A DNA stretch of 64,000 bases from Octopus sinensis (Eukaryota). The stretch covers positions 24,986,001-25,050,000 of the forward strand of contig NC_043018.1 in NCBI RefSeq assembly GCF_006345805.1, written 5' to 3'. Numbering within the stretch: position 1 is the stretch's first letter; each line of letters starts with the position of its first letter. Position numbers and translations under genes: made by a program. The notes below the pieces were generated by a model. That model was not told the origin of the DNA, made no database searches, and saw only the letters and a list, made by a program, of their open reading frames with translations. Positions 25,290-39,446 of the stretch are shown in pieces.

Positions 25290-26126
25290 TATAATATGGA
25301 GTATTGTGTAGAATATATTGTATAAAGGATTGTGGGTAAGGCCAAAACAATGTGAAGTAAATGCAAAGTAAATCACAAGAAAACAAATATGCGAATTAAT
25401 ATATCTGTGTTGGTTTATGTTGATAAGTTCATGGTGCCGACAACAATTGTGATGGCCACTATTGATGAGCCAGAAATACATGGCCAAAACTGGTCTCTTA
25501 GTTCCAGACAACAAACCTGTTCTTTTCTTTAATGGCATGCAGGCTTTGGCGGATCCGTGATTACTGAGATTAACTCCCCTTCTTAAGCTGACAGAAACGT
25601 TAGCACGCCGGACAAAATGCTTAAAGGCATTTCGTCCGCCTTTATGTTCTGAGTTCAAATTCCGCTGAGGTCGACTTTGCTTTTCATCCTTTCGGGGTCG
25701 ATAAATTAAGTACCAGTTACGCACTGGGATCGATGTAATCGACTATCCCCCTTCCCCAAATTTCAGGCCTTGTGTCTATAGTAGAAACGGTAATCTCCTC
25801 TTCTCTAGTGGAACTGGTCTTAAATGGTATTTGATAATTATGGTACACCCTCTAGAGGCGGATTTATGTCGTATAGTGGAGCCTCAGTTTACGAATTTAA
25901 TTCGATCAAGAAGGTAATTCATCAACCGAAATGTTCGTATACCGAAATGTTCGATACCGAAATTGGTATCTTATATATATATATATATATATATACCACT
26001 CTGCTTAATTAATGGATCTACAAATGCAATATCCCTGCATGTCTCACGTCTATTTTCATTCCTCCACTTCACTCTCTATTTCATATCTTATCTAAAATAA
26101 CTATTGTTTAACTATTTTCTCACACC

Positions 26127-26174
26127 GTCTCCGATGAAGGGTTATATAAAATATCCCGGAAACAGCTGTAAGAC
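26127..26174 (+). ncRNA. Type I hammerhead-like motif (CCGAUGA core variant)
   Basis: GTCT-CCGATGA-A-GGG..CCC-G-GAAA-CAGCTG-TA-AGAC: stem I GTCT/AGAC, palindromic stem III, GUA site. Confidence 0.7.
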
Positions 26175-27490
26175 CTTCTATTTATAAATGTTCTAAAATC
26201 TTTCACAGCCTTGAATTTTTATTTCATTCTTTTATGTATACACATGCTGATATACGACCTACGTTGGACTCCTCATTCGCATGATCACCGAACCTCGAGG
26301 TTAACTATAGTCTGTCCATGACACTTTGGGGTCTTATCGACACCATTAATTCTCATAACCTATATGCATATATTCATGTCTGGCTTCAAATGGCCGAGGC
26401 GGTACCTATCATCTGAGGGGGCGAAATCATGCCAAAACGCCCTGTATGATAGTCCGCCGATGTCGTTTGTTTTCACGCAGAAAGTCTGCAGGGAAAACTT
26501 TGTTCACCGCAACAAAACCGCGTAGCGAATGTTATTCCCGTTGTAGTGTGTAGGGACGTGTTAATTACAAATGTACACAGCAATACACACATACACACAC
26601 ACTGTCTGTCCTCTCTCTCTCTCTCTCATTCACACACTCATACACAAACAGACATGCAGAACCATATAGGCAATGAGTGCTTGTATGACACAAACACTTT
26701 AGAAAGATAGATAAGACGGGGGTGGAGGAGAGGAAAGATAAGAAGATAAAAAAAATTTTAAGATTGGGGACGTATGCTGGGTGGGGGTAGAAGTTAGACC
26801 CAGAAAAGGCCAAATAAATCAATTAATTACAGAGATGGGGAGAGCCGGAGAGGGAGAAGGAGGGGAGAGAATAATTACAATAACAACAGCACTAACGACA
26901 ACATCAAGAGATGGATGGCAGCAAAAAATACTGAGTCTTGAAAGAAAATATATATTATTTAGTAAATGTATTCGCGTTAATAAAGAACACTCGTTTCTCA
27001 AAACCGACCCGCTTCGCAAGAACAATAATCGCAAGAACAACATCAGCAATTTTAAGAAATTAGGAAAAGAAAAAAACATAACGGCCACCTGTTGAACAGA
27101 TTGTAGGTTTTGTGTGGGATGGTGACTGGATTCTCTTCCTCTTTGAGTTGGCTGTGAATGGTTAGGAGGATGGAGTGATGGTGAGAGGAGGAGAGTCGGT
27201 GTGGTGGTGGTGGTGGAGGTGTTGGTCGGTGTTCACAGATGGTACCGGTGGGTGTGGTTGATCACATGGACTGAGCGGGGAGTGCGGGAGGCGGAAGTGA
27301 TTTTAGAAACTATATCTGAGTATATTTGTCTTCTGTACATGTGTGTGTGTGTGTGTGTGGATGTTTGCAAAAGTGCTTGTACATGTGTGTGTGTTTGCAT
27401 AGAGAGAGAGAGAGAGAAGGGGAAAGAGCGATGCATTCACTCATTCACAGACACACACACACTCAAGCAAATACAGAAGACATACTCAGC

Positions 27491-27531
<41 letters not shown>

Positions 27532-27864
27532 CATACATACATCATGCATGCATGTATGTATGTATTATGTATATCTATAATATATATTTTTTGTTTTTTT
27601 TGGGTTTTTTTTGTTTTTCATTTCAGCTCTTGAGCTGTGGCCATGCTGGGGCACCGCCATTGTGGTGAAAGAGTACAGCAGGATCACCACCCCCTGCCGG
27701 AGCCTCGTAAGCTTTTAGGTGTTTTCGCTCAATAACACACACAACGCCCAGTCTGAGAATCGAAACCGCGATCCTGCGACCGCGAGTCCGCTGCCCTACA
27801 CTAGGCCATTGCGCCTCTAATATATATATAATAATATATATATATATATATAATATATATATAT

Positions 27865-27908
<44 letters not shown>

Positions 27909-27961
27909 TATAGATAACATATATATCTATATAATATATATATATATAATACATATCTATA

Positions 27962-28016
<55 letters not shown>

Positions 28017-28329
28017 TAAGAGAGAGAGAAGTAGGAATAGATAACACATGCTTGAGACATATATTTAATGGAGCAAAAGACAGATTATAAAATAAGAAAT
28101 TGTTAAGTCTTATCTTGACAGCTGTTTCAAAACGGCTATAACTTACATAATCTGATAGGTTACTCTATACTTTTGTAGAGTACAAAATTTATTTTTCTTA
28201 AACAAGAACATTGTTGACAGTAATTTCCAAGTTTCGGCCAGTTAAGCAATCGTCGGATGGTGTTCTCTTTTTCTTTGTTTTTATTGAGATATTTGGGCGC
28301 AGATGTTCTTTTATTCGAACGTACAACTT

Positions 28330-28496
28330 ACTGGTGGTGCTCAAATTTCCCCAAACGCCTAAAGAAGTGCCAGGACCAGGATTTTAAGTTATCCATCAGG
28401 ACTACTCAACACAACAGGGGCAATCTCAGAATCTTGGAGGCCCTCCTACTCAACAAACTAAGACCAGTCACAAACAACAGGAAAGAAACTACATGA
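28330..28496 (+). pseudogene. Penelope GIY-YIG endonuclease C-terminal remnant (second copy ~29890-30052)
   Basis: ..QDFKLSI..NRGNLRILEALLLNKLRPVTNNRKE* resembles the PLE terminal motif (FKIL..LRILEAL.I...KP.LN). Confidence 0.6.
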
Positions 28497-28594
28497 AGCA
28501 GTCAGTTTAAATAAACGAACAGTAAAATTAACACTAACAGGCATCAAGAGGACGCTCGCGAGGAATGTATAAGTTTGGCGCTCTGTGAAGAGTT

Positions 28595-28627
28595 TTTGAC
28601 GTTTCGAGCATAGCTCTTCATCGGAAA
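28595..28627 (-). ncRNA. Minimal hammerhead-like motif (copy at 30153-30185)
   Basis: Minus strand TTT-CCGATGA-A-GAGC-TAT-GCTC-GAAA-CG-TC-AAA, with the ACGU palindrome replacing stem III. Confidence 0.6.
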
Positions 28628-29133
28628 GGAGAAAGGGAAACGTTCAAAGAAGGAAAAGAAATCGTCATCAGCACGTGTGTGGTTACATTGCTGAAGTGAC
28701 TGGAAGAAGAAAGAGATAGAGAAAGTGGTTTTTTTTTTTTGGCGGGGGGATGAGAGAGTGCGAAGATGCCAGTGTATAAGTGTGTGTGTCTGTTGTAGTA
28801 TCTGTGTGCGTACATGTTTATGTGAGTAATGTACGTGTGAGGGTGTGTGTCAACGAACAGATAGCATTCCCAGTCTGCGCATGTCACCTCCATATCTACA
28901 CATCAGAACAACGACCTTTTTCATTCATCCCTCACTTTTCCAAATAGCCTGAAGAAGGGGTCAAATCCCGGAAATATAGAAATATAACGTAAAACTACAA
29001 CTTTGTTTCATTTTGTTCTCTTTATACTCTCTCTCATTATTCTGGCCTTACCCAACAAATCCCTTTAATACACACACACACACACATATATTAAAGGGAC
29101 TGATGCATAATGTAAAAGCGCGCCTTTAATGCA

Positions 29134-29248
29134 AGTCTGATGAAGTGGCACTCTAATGTCTAAAACCACAAATATTACGTGAATTTTCAATTCGAATTTT
29201 GCGTAAACTGACATTGAAAGCAGAGTTGGTACAGAAACTATTGTAACT
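29134..29248 (+). ncRNA. Type I hammerhead-like motif with extended stem II (copy at 30694-30808)
   Basis: AGT-CTGATGA-AGTGGCACTC..GAGTTGGTACA-GAAA-CTATTG-TA-ACT. The second copy has CTGAGGA, a change at the variable N7 position. Confidence 0.6.
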
Positions 29249-29359
29249 AATCATTAAAGGTGTTTTTAAGTATTTCCTTGCTTTACTATTTTGATTATAT
29301 ATATATATATGGTGTATATATATGTGTGTGGTATGTATATATATATATATATAAATATA

Positions 29360-29404
<45 letters not shown>

Positions 29405-29446
29405 CAAAATATATATATGTGTATATATATATGTATATATATATAT

Positions 29447-29570
<124 letters not shown>

Positions 29571-30913
29571 AGAGAGAGAGAAGTAGGAAAGTAGATAAAC
29601 ACATGCTTGAGACATATATTTTATGGAGCAAAAGACAGATTATAAAATAAGAAATTATGTTAAGTCTTATCTTGACAGCTGTTTCAAAAAGGCTATAACT
29701 TACATAATCTGATAGGTTACTCTATACTTTTGTAGAGTACAAAATTTATTTTTCTTAAACAAGAACATTGTTGACAGTAATTTCCAAGTTTCGGCAGGGT
29801 TAAGCAATCGTCGGATCGGTGGTGTTCTCTTTTTCTTGTTTTTATTGAGATATCGGGCGCAGATGTTCTTATTCGAACGTACAACTTACGGTGGTGCTCA
29901 AATTTCCCCAAACGCCTAAAGAAGTGCCAGGACCAGGATTTTAAGTATCCATCAGGACTACTCAACACAACAGGGGCAATCTCAGAATCTTGGAGGCCCT
30001 CCTACTCAACAAACTAAGACCAGTCACAAACAACAGGAAAGAAACTACATGAAGCAGTCAGTTTAAATAAACGAACAGTAAAATTAACACTAACAGGCAT
30101 CAAGAGGACGCTCGCGAGGAATGTATAAGTTTGGCGCTCTGTGAAGAGAGTTTTTGACGTTTCGAGCATAGCTCTTCATCGGAAAGGAGAAAGGGAAACG
30201 TTCAAAGAAGGAAAAGAAATCGTCATCAGCACGTGTGTGGTTACATTGCTGAAGTGACTGGAAGAAGAAAGAGATAGAGAAAGTGGGTTTTTTTTTTTTG
30301 GCGGGGGGATGAGAGAGTGCGAAGATGCCAGTGTATAAGTGTGTGTGTCTGTGTAGTATCTGTGTGCGTACATGTTATGTGAGTGAGTAATGTACGTGTG
30401 AGGGTGTGTGTCAACGAACAGATAGCATTCCAGTCTGCGCATGTCACCTCCATATCTACACATCAGAACAACGACCTTTTTCATTCATCCCTCACTTTTC
30501 CAAATAGCCTGAAGAAGGGGTCAAATCCCGGAAATATAGAAATATAACGTAAAACTACAACTTTGTTTCATTTTGTTCTCTTTATACTCTCTCTCATTAT
30601 TCTGGCCTTACCCAACAAATCCCTTTAATACACACACACACACACATATATTAAAGGGACTGATGCATAATGTAAAAGCGCGCCTTTAATGCAAGTCTGA
30701 GGAAGTGGCACTCTAATGTCTAAAACCACAAATATTACGTGAATTTTCAATTCGAATTTTGCGTAAACTGACATTGAAAGCAGAGTTGGTACAGAAACTA
30801 TTGTAACTAATCATTAAAGGTGTTTTTAAGTATTTCTTGCTTTACTATTTTGATTATATATATATATAATCAAAATATATATATAGTGATATATATGTGT
30901 GGTGTATGTATAT

Positions 30914-30945
<32 letters not shown>

Positions 30946-31068
30946 TATAGATATATATATATATATATACAATCAAAATATATATATGGTAATATATGTG
31001 TGTATATATATATAATCAAAATATATATATGTGTATATATATGTATATATATATATATATATTATATA

Positions 31069-31107
<39 letters not shown>

Positions 31108-31838
31108 ATACACATATATATATATATTATAATTTTAAAAAACGAAGAATAAACACAAGTAAAAACAACAACGCGAGAACGTGGTATATACAAAGGAGGA
31201 AGAGTGAGGGAGAGAGAGAGACAGAGGTGACGTGGGGAGGAGAAGAATTAGAGAAAGGATGAGAGAAAAACAAGGGAAATAAAAAGAATGAGAAAGAGGA
31301 AGAGAGGGGGAAATAGAAATAGTGATAGAATTAGTGTCGCATCAGAATTATTAAGATGAAACTTATTTGGAAGTGGGTGCGAGGCGTTCAATCATATATT
31401 AATATAAATAATATATATATATATATGCATATATACATACAACATGTATATATTTATATATGTATATACATATGCATATATAGGTACAGGACGTCAAAAA
31501 ATGTAAACAACATGAAAAACGAAAACATGGAAAACGAACTTTTTTTTGCGAACAATGAAAGAAACAAATGGAAAAGTAAGACTCGCAACATAAAGAACAA
31601 CCCTTCATCAGTTGTCGGTTGTTTTATCTACTCCGCATTTCGAGCGTTTTTTTACGTCCTGTACTCAAATATGCATATGTATATGCATATATATGTATGT
31701 ATATATATTATTTATATCATTATATATATATATACATATATATACATACATACATACATACATACATACATACATACATACATACATACATACATAATAC
31801 ATACACACACACCACACACACACCACCCACATATATAT

Positions 31839-32086
31839 GGAGGCGCGTAGCTTAGTGGTTAGGTTGTCAGCATCATGACCGTAAGATTGTGGTTTCGATT
31901 CCTGGACCGGGCGACGCGTTGTGTTCTTGAGCAAAACACTTCATTTCACGTTTGCTCCAGTCCACTCAGCTAGCAAAATGAGTAACGCTGCGATGGACTG
32001 GTGTCCCGTCCAGCTGGGGAACACATACGCCATTGAAACCGGGAAACCGGGCCCATGAGCCTGGCTAGGCTTTAAAAAGGGCGCAT
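31839..32086 (+). mobile_element. tRNA-derived SINE with Meta-like domain (family D)
   Basis: GGAGGCGCGTAGCTTAGTGGTTAG..GGTTTCGATTCC head then TTGTGTTCTTGAGCAAAACACTTC..TTGCTCCAGTCCACTCAGCT. Second copy at ~54488-54650. Confidence 0.8.
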
Positions 32087-32260
32087 CTATCTATATATAT
32101 ATATATATGAAACAAAGTGAAATTGTAAGGTACTGCACGAGTGGAAATATATATGAAAGAAGGTTTGAAAATGCAATTTTAAAAATGTTTATTCACTTGA
32201 CCGGTTTCACTTTTTTAGAAAAGATTGTCAAAAGTAAAATGTAAAGCATTTCCAAACCTT

Positions 32261-32355
<95 letters not shown>

Positions 32356-33712
32356 TTGGAGATGCAAACATTAAACTTAGCTCTGAAAATAGAGTATATG
32401 AACTGTATCTTCATACCAACGACAACGACGACGTTGACGATGACAACAACAACAACGGCGACCACGACGACGGTGACAGTAAGAAGATGAATAGCAACAA
32501 CAGCCTAGATTCTGTCGACATGAAAGCCAGATTGGAACGACATCTCGACTTTAACAACAGTTAAGCCGCCAAGCAACCTCTAATCTTGTTTGGGATTAGA
32601 GCTCTAGAAGGGAGTAGGAGAAAGGTGAGGAGGAGGAGAAGGAGGAGGAGGAGGGAAGGACTGGGATGGGAGTGGAGGAGGATAACGAAACAAAACGGAA
32701 AGACAAATGGAGTTGGGGTACGGCGGAGACTCTTTCTCTTCCTCTCTTTCTCTTTTGCTCTATATTTCATTATTTCTCACACTTTCTGTTTTCCTCTTTT
32801 TCCTTCTCCTTCTTTCACCTTCTCTGTCTCTTTCTTTTTTTCTCTCCTTCTCTCTTGCCTTCTTTTCTCTCTCTCTCCTTCCCCTCTCTCTTTCTTTTTC
32901 TCTATCTCTTTCTCTTGCCTTTCTTTCTCTCTCCCTTCGTTCTCTCCATCTCTCTCTCTCTCCTCTTCTCTCCCAGGTTACCAGAGCGACGAACACCTGA
33001 TGACTTGATACCCACTATACCACAACCACAATGAACCGTCATGTCAACGCTGACCTCTCGTGACCCGCAACGAAAGGTTACGAGGTCGAAAAGAACCGGA
33101 TAAGTCGATAGTCAACAAATACTATTATTGCATAAAGACTAAAATAAAAAGCACAAAAGAAGGAGGAAAGGGGACAAGGGGAGCAGGAAGAGGAGGAGCA
33201 GGAGACATTATTCAGAAGCCTTACCACCCCAGATCCACTTTTCCGCATTGTTGTCAATGTCTTGACTTCTGTATCTTTATTTACCTTTTTGTTTATATGT
33301 CTTCATCTATAGTTTTGTTTTTCTTATTTTATTTATCATTATCTCTATTTATTTAGTTATTGTAGTTGTTGTTGTTGTCGTGATTATTTTTATTGTAGTA
33401 GCAGCAGTAGTACTAGTTGTAGTAGTAGTTGTTGTTGTTGTCGTGATTATTTTTATTGTAGTAGCAGCAGTAGTACTAGTTGTAGTAGTAGTTGTTGTTG
33501 TTGGTGTCATTTTTGTTCCCTTTCTGTTCTTGTTTTCTTGTCTACATATTTTCAGTCTGTACACCTGTATGCATATGTGCGTGCGTGTGTGTGTATGTAT
33601 CTGACGGCCTGTTGGTCTGTCGGTCTAGCGGTTTATCTGCGTGATTATTCCTATGTGCATCTATGTTTGATCCAACTGTATGTTTATCATTCTGTCTGTA
33701 TGTCTGTTTGTC

Positions 33713-33764
<52 letters not shown>

Positions 33765-33904
33765 TGCTTGTTCTATCGGTATTTCTTTCGGCCTGTCGGT
33801 CTACCTGTATATTTATCTGTCTGCCTGCCTGCCTACGTGTCAGAGTGTTTATGTGTATATTTTGATCTATATGTGTGCGTGCGTGACACTGTGTGTGCAT
33901 GCGA

Positions 33905-33941
<37 letters not shown>

Positions 33942-34669
33942 CGCGCGTGTATATGTTTGCTTACGTATCTATCTTATAGTCTGTCAGTCTACATCAGTCA
34001 TGGGCAAACGGCAGCCTGCAGGATTTCTCAATGGCACACCTAACGAAAAATTACATTAAATCTTTTAATTACCGAAAAATTTGTGATTAAGAAATTTGTC
34101 TCCCAACGCTGCACCTTGGGCAAGTGTTTTCTACTAAAGCCGAGGGCACACAAACACACACATACAAAAACACACAAACACAGGAATATGCAGAATACAT
34201 CAAAACGTATCAACACATATACATATATATATACATACGCGCGCACACACATACATGCATACAGACACTTACATGCATGCATACATACATACATACATAC
34301 ATACATACATACATACATACATACATACATACATACATGTGTAGGCACACACACACACTGACCCACAGACATGCGCACAAACAAAGAGAATGCAGCTCAG
34401 ATAACGACAGAGTAGTGACTACTGAAAAGGTTGCAAGACGCAACGAAAATTTTAGGAAAAAGAAATAAATGAATGAGTGGAAACTTTACCGGTGAGTGTG
34501 TTAAATAATAAGGCACTAAAAGAAAATTACTCTCCCCAGACACAACGAAAGATGCTTCAACACCCGAACTCACATAAAGAATCTTGCAAACGAAATCCAA
34601 AAACGAAATAAAATGCCTTTTTCTTTTGGTTTGATTTGATGCATGCTTTCATTTTATGCACAAATGTAG

Positions 34670-34952
34670 GCGTGGCACCATGGGCAAGTGTCTTCTACAA
34701 TAGCCTTGGGCTGACCAAAGCCTTGGGCCGACCAAAGCCTTGTGAGTGGGGATTTGGGAGATGGAAACTGAAAGAAGCCCGTCGTATATATATATATATA
34801 TATTATATAATATATATATATGCCACCTTGGGCAAGTGTTTTCTACAATAGCCTCGGGCCAACCAAAGCCTTGTGAGTAGGGATTTGGCAGATGGAACCT
34901 GAAAGAAGCCCGTCGTGTGTATATATATATATATATATATGTGTGGTGTGTG

Positions 34953-34992
<40 letters not shown>

Positions 34993-35222
34993 ATTTATGT
35001 GTGTATGCCTTTGTGTCTGTGTTTGTCCACCCCACCATCACTTGACAACCGATGTTGGTGTGTTTACGTTCCCGTAACCTAGTGGTTCGACCAAAGGGTC
35101 CGATAAGATAAGTACTAGGCTTACAAAGAATAAATCCTGGGGGCGATTTCTCAGATCAAAAAGCCCCTTTCGGACGATGTTCCCGCATGGCCGCAGTGAA
35201 AATGACTGAAACGAGTAAAAGA
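34670..35222 (+). mobile_element. Family A SINE with duplicated internal segment
   Basis: The GGGCAAGTG..GAAAGAAGCCCGTCG segment occurs twice (34670-34790, 34822-34915) before a single 3' half. Confidence 0.8.
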
Positions 35223-35413
35223 GCAATCGTATGCGTAAGGTCCAATGGGACTGAACCTGAAACCACCTGGTTGCAGAGCGAGTTGCTTAACCACAGAGAC
35301 AGGCCTGCGATTGTCGAAATAAGATTTTTAAAAAAAGAGCCAGGTGCTGGTGTTAGTGATGTTGTTTGTTGTTGTTGTGGTGGTGGCGATGATCGCAGTC
35401 CGCGTGGGTAAAA

Positions 35414-35513
35414 NNNNNNNNNNNNNNNNNNNNNNNNNNNNNNNNNNNNNNNNNNNNNNNNNNNNNNNNNNNNNNNNNNNNNNNNNNNNNNNNNNNNNNN
35501 NNNNNNNNNNNNN
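35414..35513. other. Assembly gap (100 N)
   Basis: Run of exactly 100 N; contiguity and distance across it are unknown. Confidence 1.
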
Positions 35514-35779
35514 TTGTAACACGAAACATCATTAAATGCCTTTTCCAGATGACGCTGTTAAGTTTGTCATGGTCTGGGTCATTCTGAAACTTATCTAAGT
35601 ATATATTTACGGATGTTGTCCCTGGCATAAAGTGTACGAGCATTCATATTTTCCTATAACAACCGCTGTACAATCTTCTACATTTGCTTTGTGGTTCTTT
35701 CGTGAGAATTTCCTTGATGTGTACGATTAAGCATTTGTCGCATTGAAGAGATTATATGTGTGGTATATATATAATTATT

Positions 35780-36730
35780 AATAATAACATATGCATATAT
35801 ATATACATATATGTACGTACCTACCTCTACATATATATACACACATATATGGGTACAGGACACCAAAAAAACGTCCAACACAATGAGAAACGAAAACAAC
35901 ACAAAACCAAGGAACTGGACATTTTTCTTAAACAACAACAAAAAAATAGAGTACAGGACAAATAACACAAGGAAAATTCCCCTTCTTCAGTCGCCATGGT
36001 TTTCATTCTACTCTGCGTTTCGAAGGTGAAGGGCGATACGCATCTTCGATAGAAACTTTCTTCTTGCGAAAAGCAAATCAAATAAAATTTGAGATCTTTC
36101 GCAGAGGGGTAAAAATGGTAACAAAAACAGGTAAAAATGGTAACAAAAAACAGGACAGAACGACAGTACAAAATATAAACAGATAAAGACAGGACAAGGG
36201 AATAACAAGACAAGAAGGGCTGTTAAGCCGAACGAAAAAGTATTACGAACGCTTTTGAGGACGGCGAAGGAGCAAAGAAAAATGCCGTCCACACTTCAAG
36301 GAGTCAGGCCAGAAAGACAGTGGCAAAGCTCTCATCGCAGGTTAACGGCGGGAGGGAGGAGGAAGAGTAAGAGAAAGGGAGAGAAAAAAGGGGAATGGGA
36401 ATGGCTGTGAGGAAACCAGAAAGAATGAAAAATGAGAGGGAGAGAGAGAGAGTGAAGAATGAGAGAGAGGGAGAGACAGTTAAGTAGAGGAAACCAGAAA
36501 GAGAATGAAGGCTGAGAAAGGGAGGGGACAGAAAGGTCAGAGTGGCGCATCATTATTAATATCAAGAACAATCTACTTAGAAATGGATGCGTGCGTTCCG
36601 TCATATAATATATTAATAAAAAAACATATGCATATATTATACATATATGTACGTACCTACCTCTACATGTATATATACACGCATATATGGGTACAGGACA
36701 CAAGAAACGTCGTCGAACACATGGAACGAA
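35780..36730 (-). mobile_element. Non-coding element with ~100-bp terminal direct repeat (Penelope pLTR-like)
   Basis: ATATGTACGTACCTACCTCTACAT..ATATGGGTACAGGACAC occurs at ~35805-35865 and ~36645-36702. Contains the minus-strand GAAA..CTGAAGA motif at 35984-36021. Confidence 0.55.
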
Positions 36731-36758
36731 AATATATATATATATATATATATATAAT

Positions 36759-36909
36759 TGTAAATGCAATATGTGACATTTATTCGGTAGCCATGATAAA
36801 ACTCCGAGTTTCGGATGCCGAGGTGGAAATCCAAGCCGACATCTCTTTAGTTATTCGACCTCGGAGTTTTATCATGGCTACCGAATAGTTGTCACATATT
36901 ACATTTACA
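36759..36909. repeat. Inverted repeat (~50-bp arms, ~50-nt spacer)
   Basis: TGTAAATGCAATATGTGACATTTATTCGGTAGCCATGATAAAACTCCGAG / CTCGGAGTTTTATCATGGCTACCGAATAGTTGTCACATATTACATTTACA; abuts (TA)n. Confidence 0.9.
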
Positions 36910-36991
36910 GATAAATTACTCTATTTACATAATATCGAGGTCTCCTTCTTTCTTTTGCTGTCTCACCGTTTTTATCAATATATATATATAT

Positions 36992-37057
<66 letters not shown>

Positions 37058-37161
37058 TATATATATATATATATATGTATATTTATATATATATTTACAT
37101 AATACACACACACAACATAAGAGATGACAAAAGAATAAACGATTACCTGATGAACATCTTT

Positions 37162-37243
37162 AGCATACAGCTGTTTCCGCTATGAGATGTAATGGACCAC
37201 GTAGCTTAGTGCCTGAGTAACACCTTACAGCTTCATCAGAGCC
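37162..37243 (-). ncRNA. Type I hammerhead-like motif
   Basis: Minus strand GGCT-CTGATGA-A-GCTGTAAGGTGTTA..TTACATCTCATAGC-G-GAAA-CAGCTG-TA-TGCT. Long imperfect stem II, palindromic stem III, one mismatch at the base of stem I. Confidence 0.65.
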
Positions 37244-37569
37244 TGAAACATGATGATGCTATAAGGCTTTTACTCATGCACTCAACCATGAGTCCACCGT
37301 ATCTTGTAGCAGAAACAGATGTTCCTTTATTCCTTTGTCATCTCATTCTCTTATTACCGCTCTTTACTCGACACCAGGTTGTTAGTTTTGCAATGCCTAA
37401 GCAAAATGCGAGCGCGAGTGTGCGTGCGCGCGCATGTATGTAAACTTTGAGATTATCTAAAGGGCTTTCAAGACAATGAGGAGTAGCGAAGATAGGAACA
37501 GGAGTAAAAAGCACGGAAGGATGATGGGTGGAGACAGACAGAACAGATTGGAGGATATACATACATACA

Positions 37570-37603
<34 letters not shown>

Positions 37604-37837
37604 CGTACATACATATATACATGCATACATACATACATACATACATACATACATACATACATACATAACATACATACATACATACATATTTACATACATA
37701 TATATATATATATGTGTAAAGAAGAGAGAAACAGAGGGAGAATAAGGGAAAAGGTATGAACAGGGGAAAGATGAGAGATATTAAAGGATACAGTAATTAA
37801 CTAACACTTGATACTAAAGGAGGAAGGGAGAGAAGAA

Positions 37838-37868
<31 letters not shown>

Positions 37869-38157
37869 AAGAAGAAGAAGAAGAAGAAGAAGAAGAAGAA
37901 GATGATGATGATGATGATGATGATGATGAGGATGATGATGATGATGAAAATGAAGAAGAGGGCAGTAGAGTGGTGGGATATAGAGCCCTAAAAATTACGC
38001 GTTCCTTTCAAGATGCCAAATAGTTGTTCTCCTGTGGTGTCTTGAAGAGGGAATCAACCAGCCAGATATTTGGTACAGTGCCAGAAAACCCGGAAAACCG
38101 GAAAAGAATAGGATTTCTTCAATGCTTTTGTTTCAAAAATCCCTTTTTTCTGTCTTT

Positions 38158-38203
<46 letters not shown>

Positions 38204-38345
38204 TCCCATTCATCATCATCTTCTTCTCCCTCCTCCTCTGGCTCTTCTTCATCATTCTCCGCATCTCCGGTTCGAGCCCCCATCCCATTCACCCAGGTCC
38301 CGCATTGTTCTTATCATAAATACTTGAACTTATATTAATCTCTTT

Positions 38346-38834
38346 ATGACTACCACCACCACCACTACCACCACTACCACCTCCACTACCACCACCAATG
38401 CCACCACAACCACCATCACTACTACTATTACTACCACTACTACCACTACCACCACCACTACTACTGCTATTACTACAGCTATTACCACATTTAGCAATAA
38501 AGCTGCTACAACAACCACCACCTTACCCACCTTCAATCCCTCACCACTACATTCACTACCTTTCCTAACATCACCACCATCACAACTACTACTACTACTA
38601 TCACTACCAGCACCTACCACTATCACTATCACCATCACCACCACACTACCACCATCACCACCACCATCACTACTACTGCTACATCTACCACCACCACCAC
38701 TACGACAACTACTACTACTTCCACCACCACTACAACCACTATTAACTACTACTATCACCACCACTACAACTACTACTGCCGCCACCATCATCACCATCAC
38801 TACTACTACCACCACCACAACTATACCACCACTT

Positions 38835-38871
<37 letters not shown>

Positions 38872-39010
38872 AACCCAATACAACTGTTACTACTACCATC
38901 ACCACTACAACCAATCGTTCACTACCACCAACACCACAATCATAACCACTACCACGATCAAGAAATCATGACCACTACGACTACTACCAATATTGCCATC
39001 ACCAACGCAG
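38346..39010. repeat. (ACC/ACT)n degenerate trinucleotide tract
   Basis: Directly visible; explains the poly-Thr and poly-Val ORFs. Confidence 0.9.
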
Positions 39011-39410
39011 TAACCCCGTATGACCACCACACCCTACCATACCTCCACACAATATATAAAGAAGAAAGGGGTCCACTCAGCTGTGGAAATGGCGAAGATC
39101 TGAAGAAACGTTTTTTATAGGGAACGGAAACCATTTTTGGCATTTTTCCCTTGAATTTGTGAATCTTTCAACAGATGAGAGGAAGCGGAGGGGGGAGGAG
39201 GAGGAAGGGGAGGAGGAATTGCTAACTGTTGATCGGTCGTTTACGTACACATGCATTCTCATACACACACACACACATATATATATTAATATTTAGCAGG
39301 AGTTAACAGAGTGAGTCAAGGTCCAAGAGTTTAAATATCAGTAAGAATATACATACACTCATATTTTGAGTTCTATTTTTCCAATTTGCATAAATATTAC
39401 AACTACATAT

Positions 39411-39446
<36 letters not shown>

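Noticed and set aside
28949-28990. Complete hammerhead at CTGAAGA-AGGG..CCCG-GAAA
   Set aside because: Core and stem II are present but no stem I pairing was found; counted only as a degenerate remnant.
32380-32564. Asp/Asn-rich plus-strand frame ending ..KARLERHLDFNNS*
   Set aside because: Built on (GAC/AAC)n repeats, with a weak acceptor and no recognisable homology.
35328-35643. ORFs spanning the N run
   Set aside because: Artefacts of translating through an assembly gap.
38330-38945. Poly-Thr and poly-Val ORFs
   Set aside because: Simple-repeat read-through on both strands.
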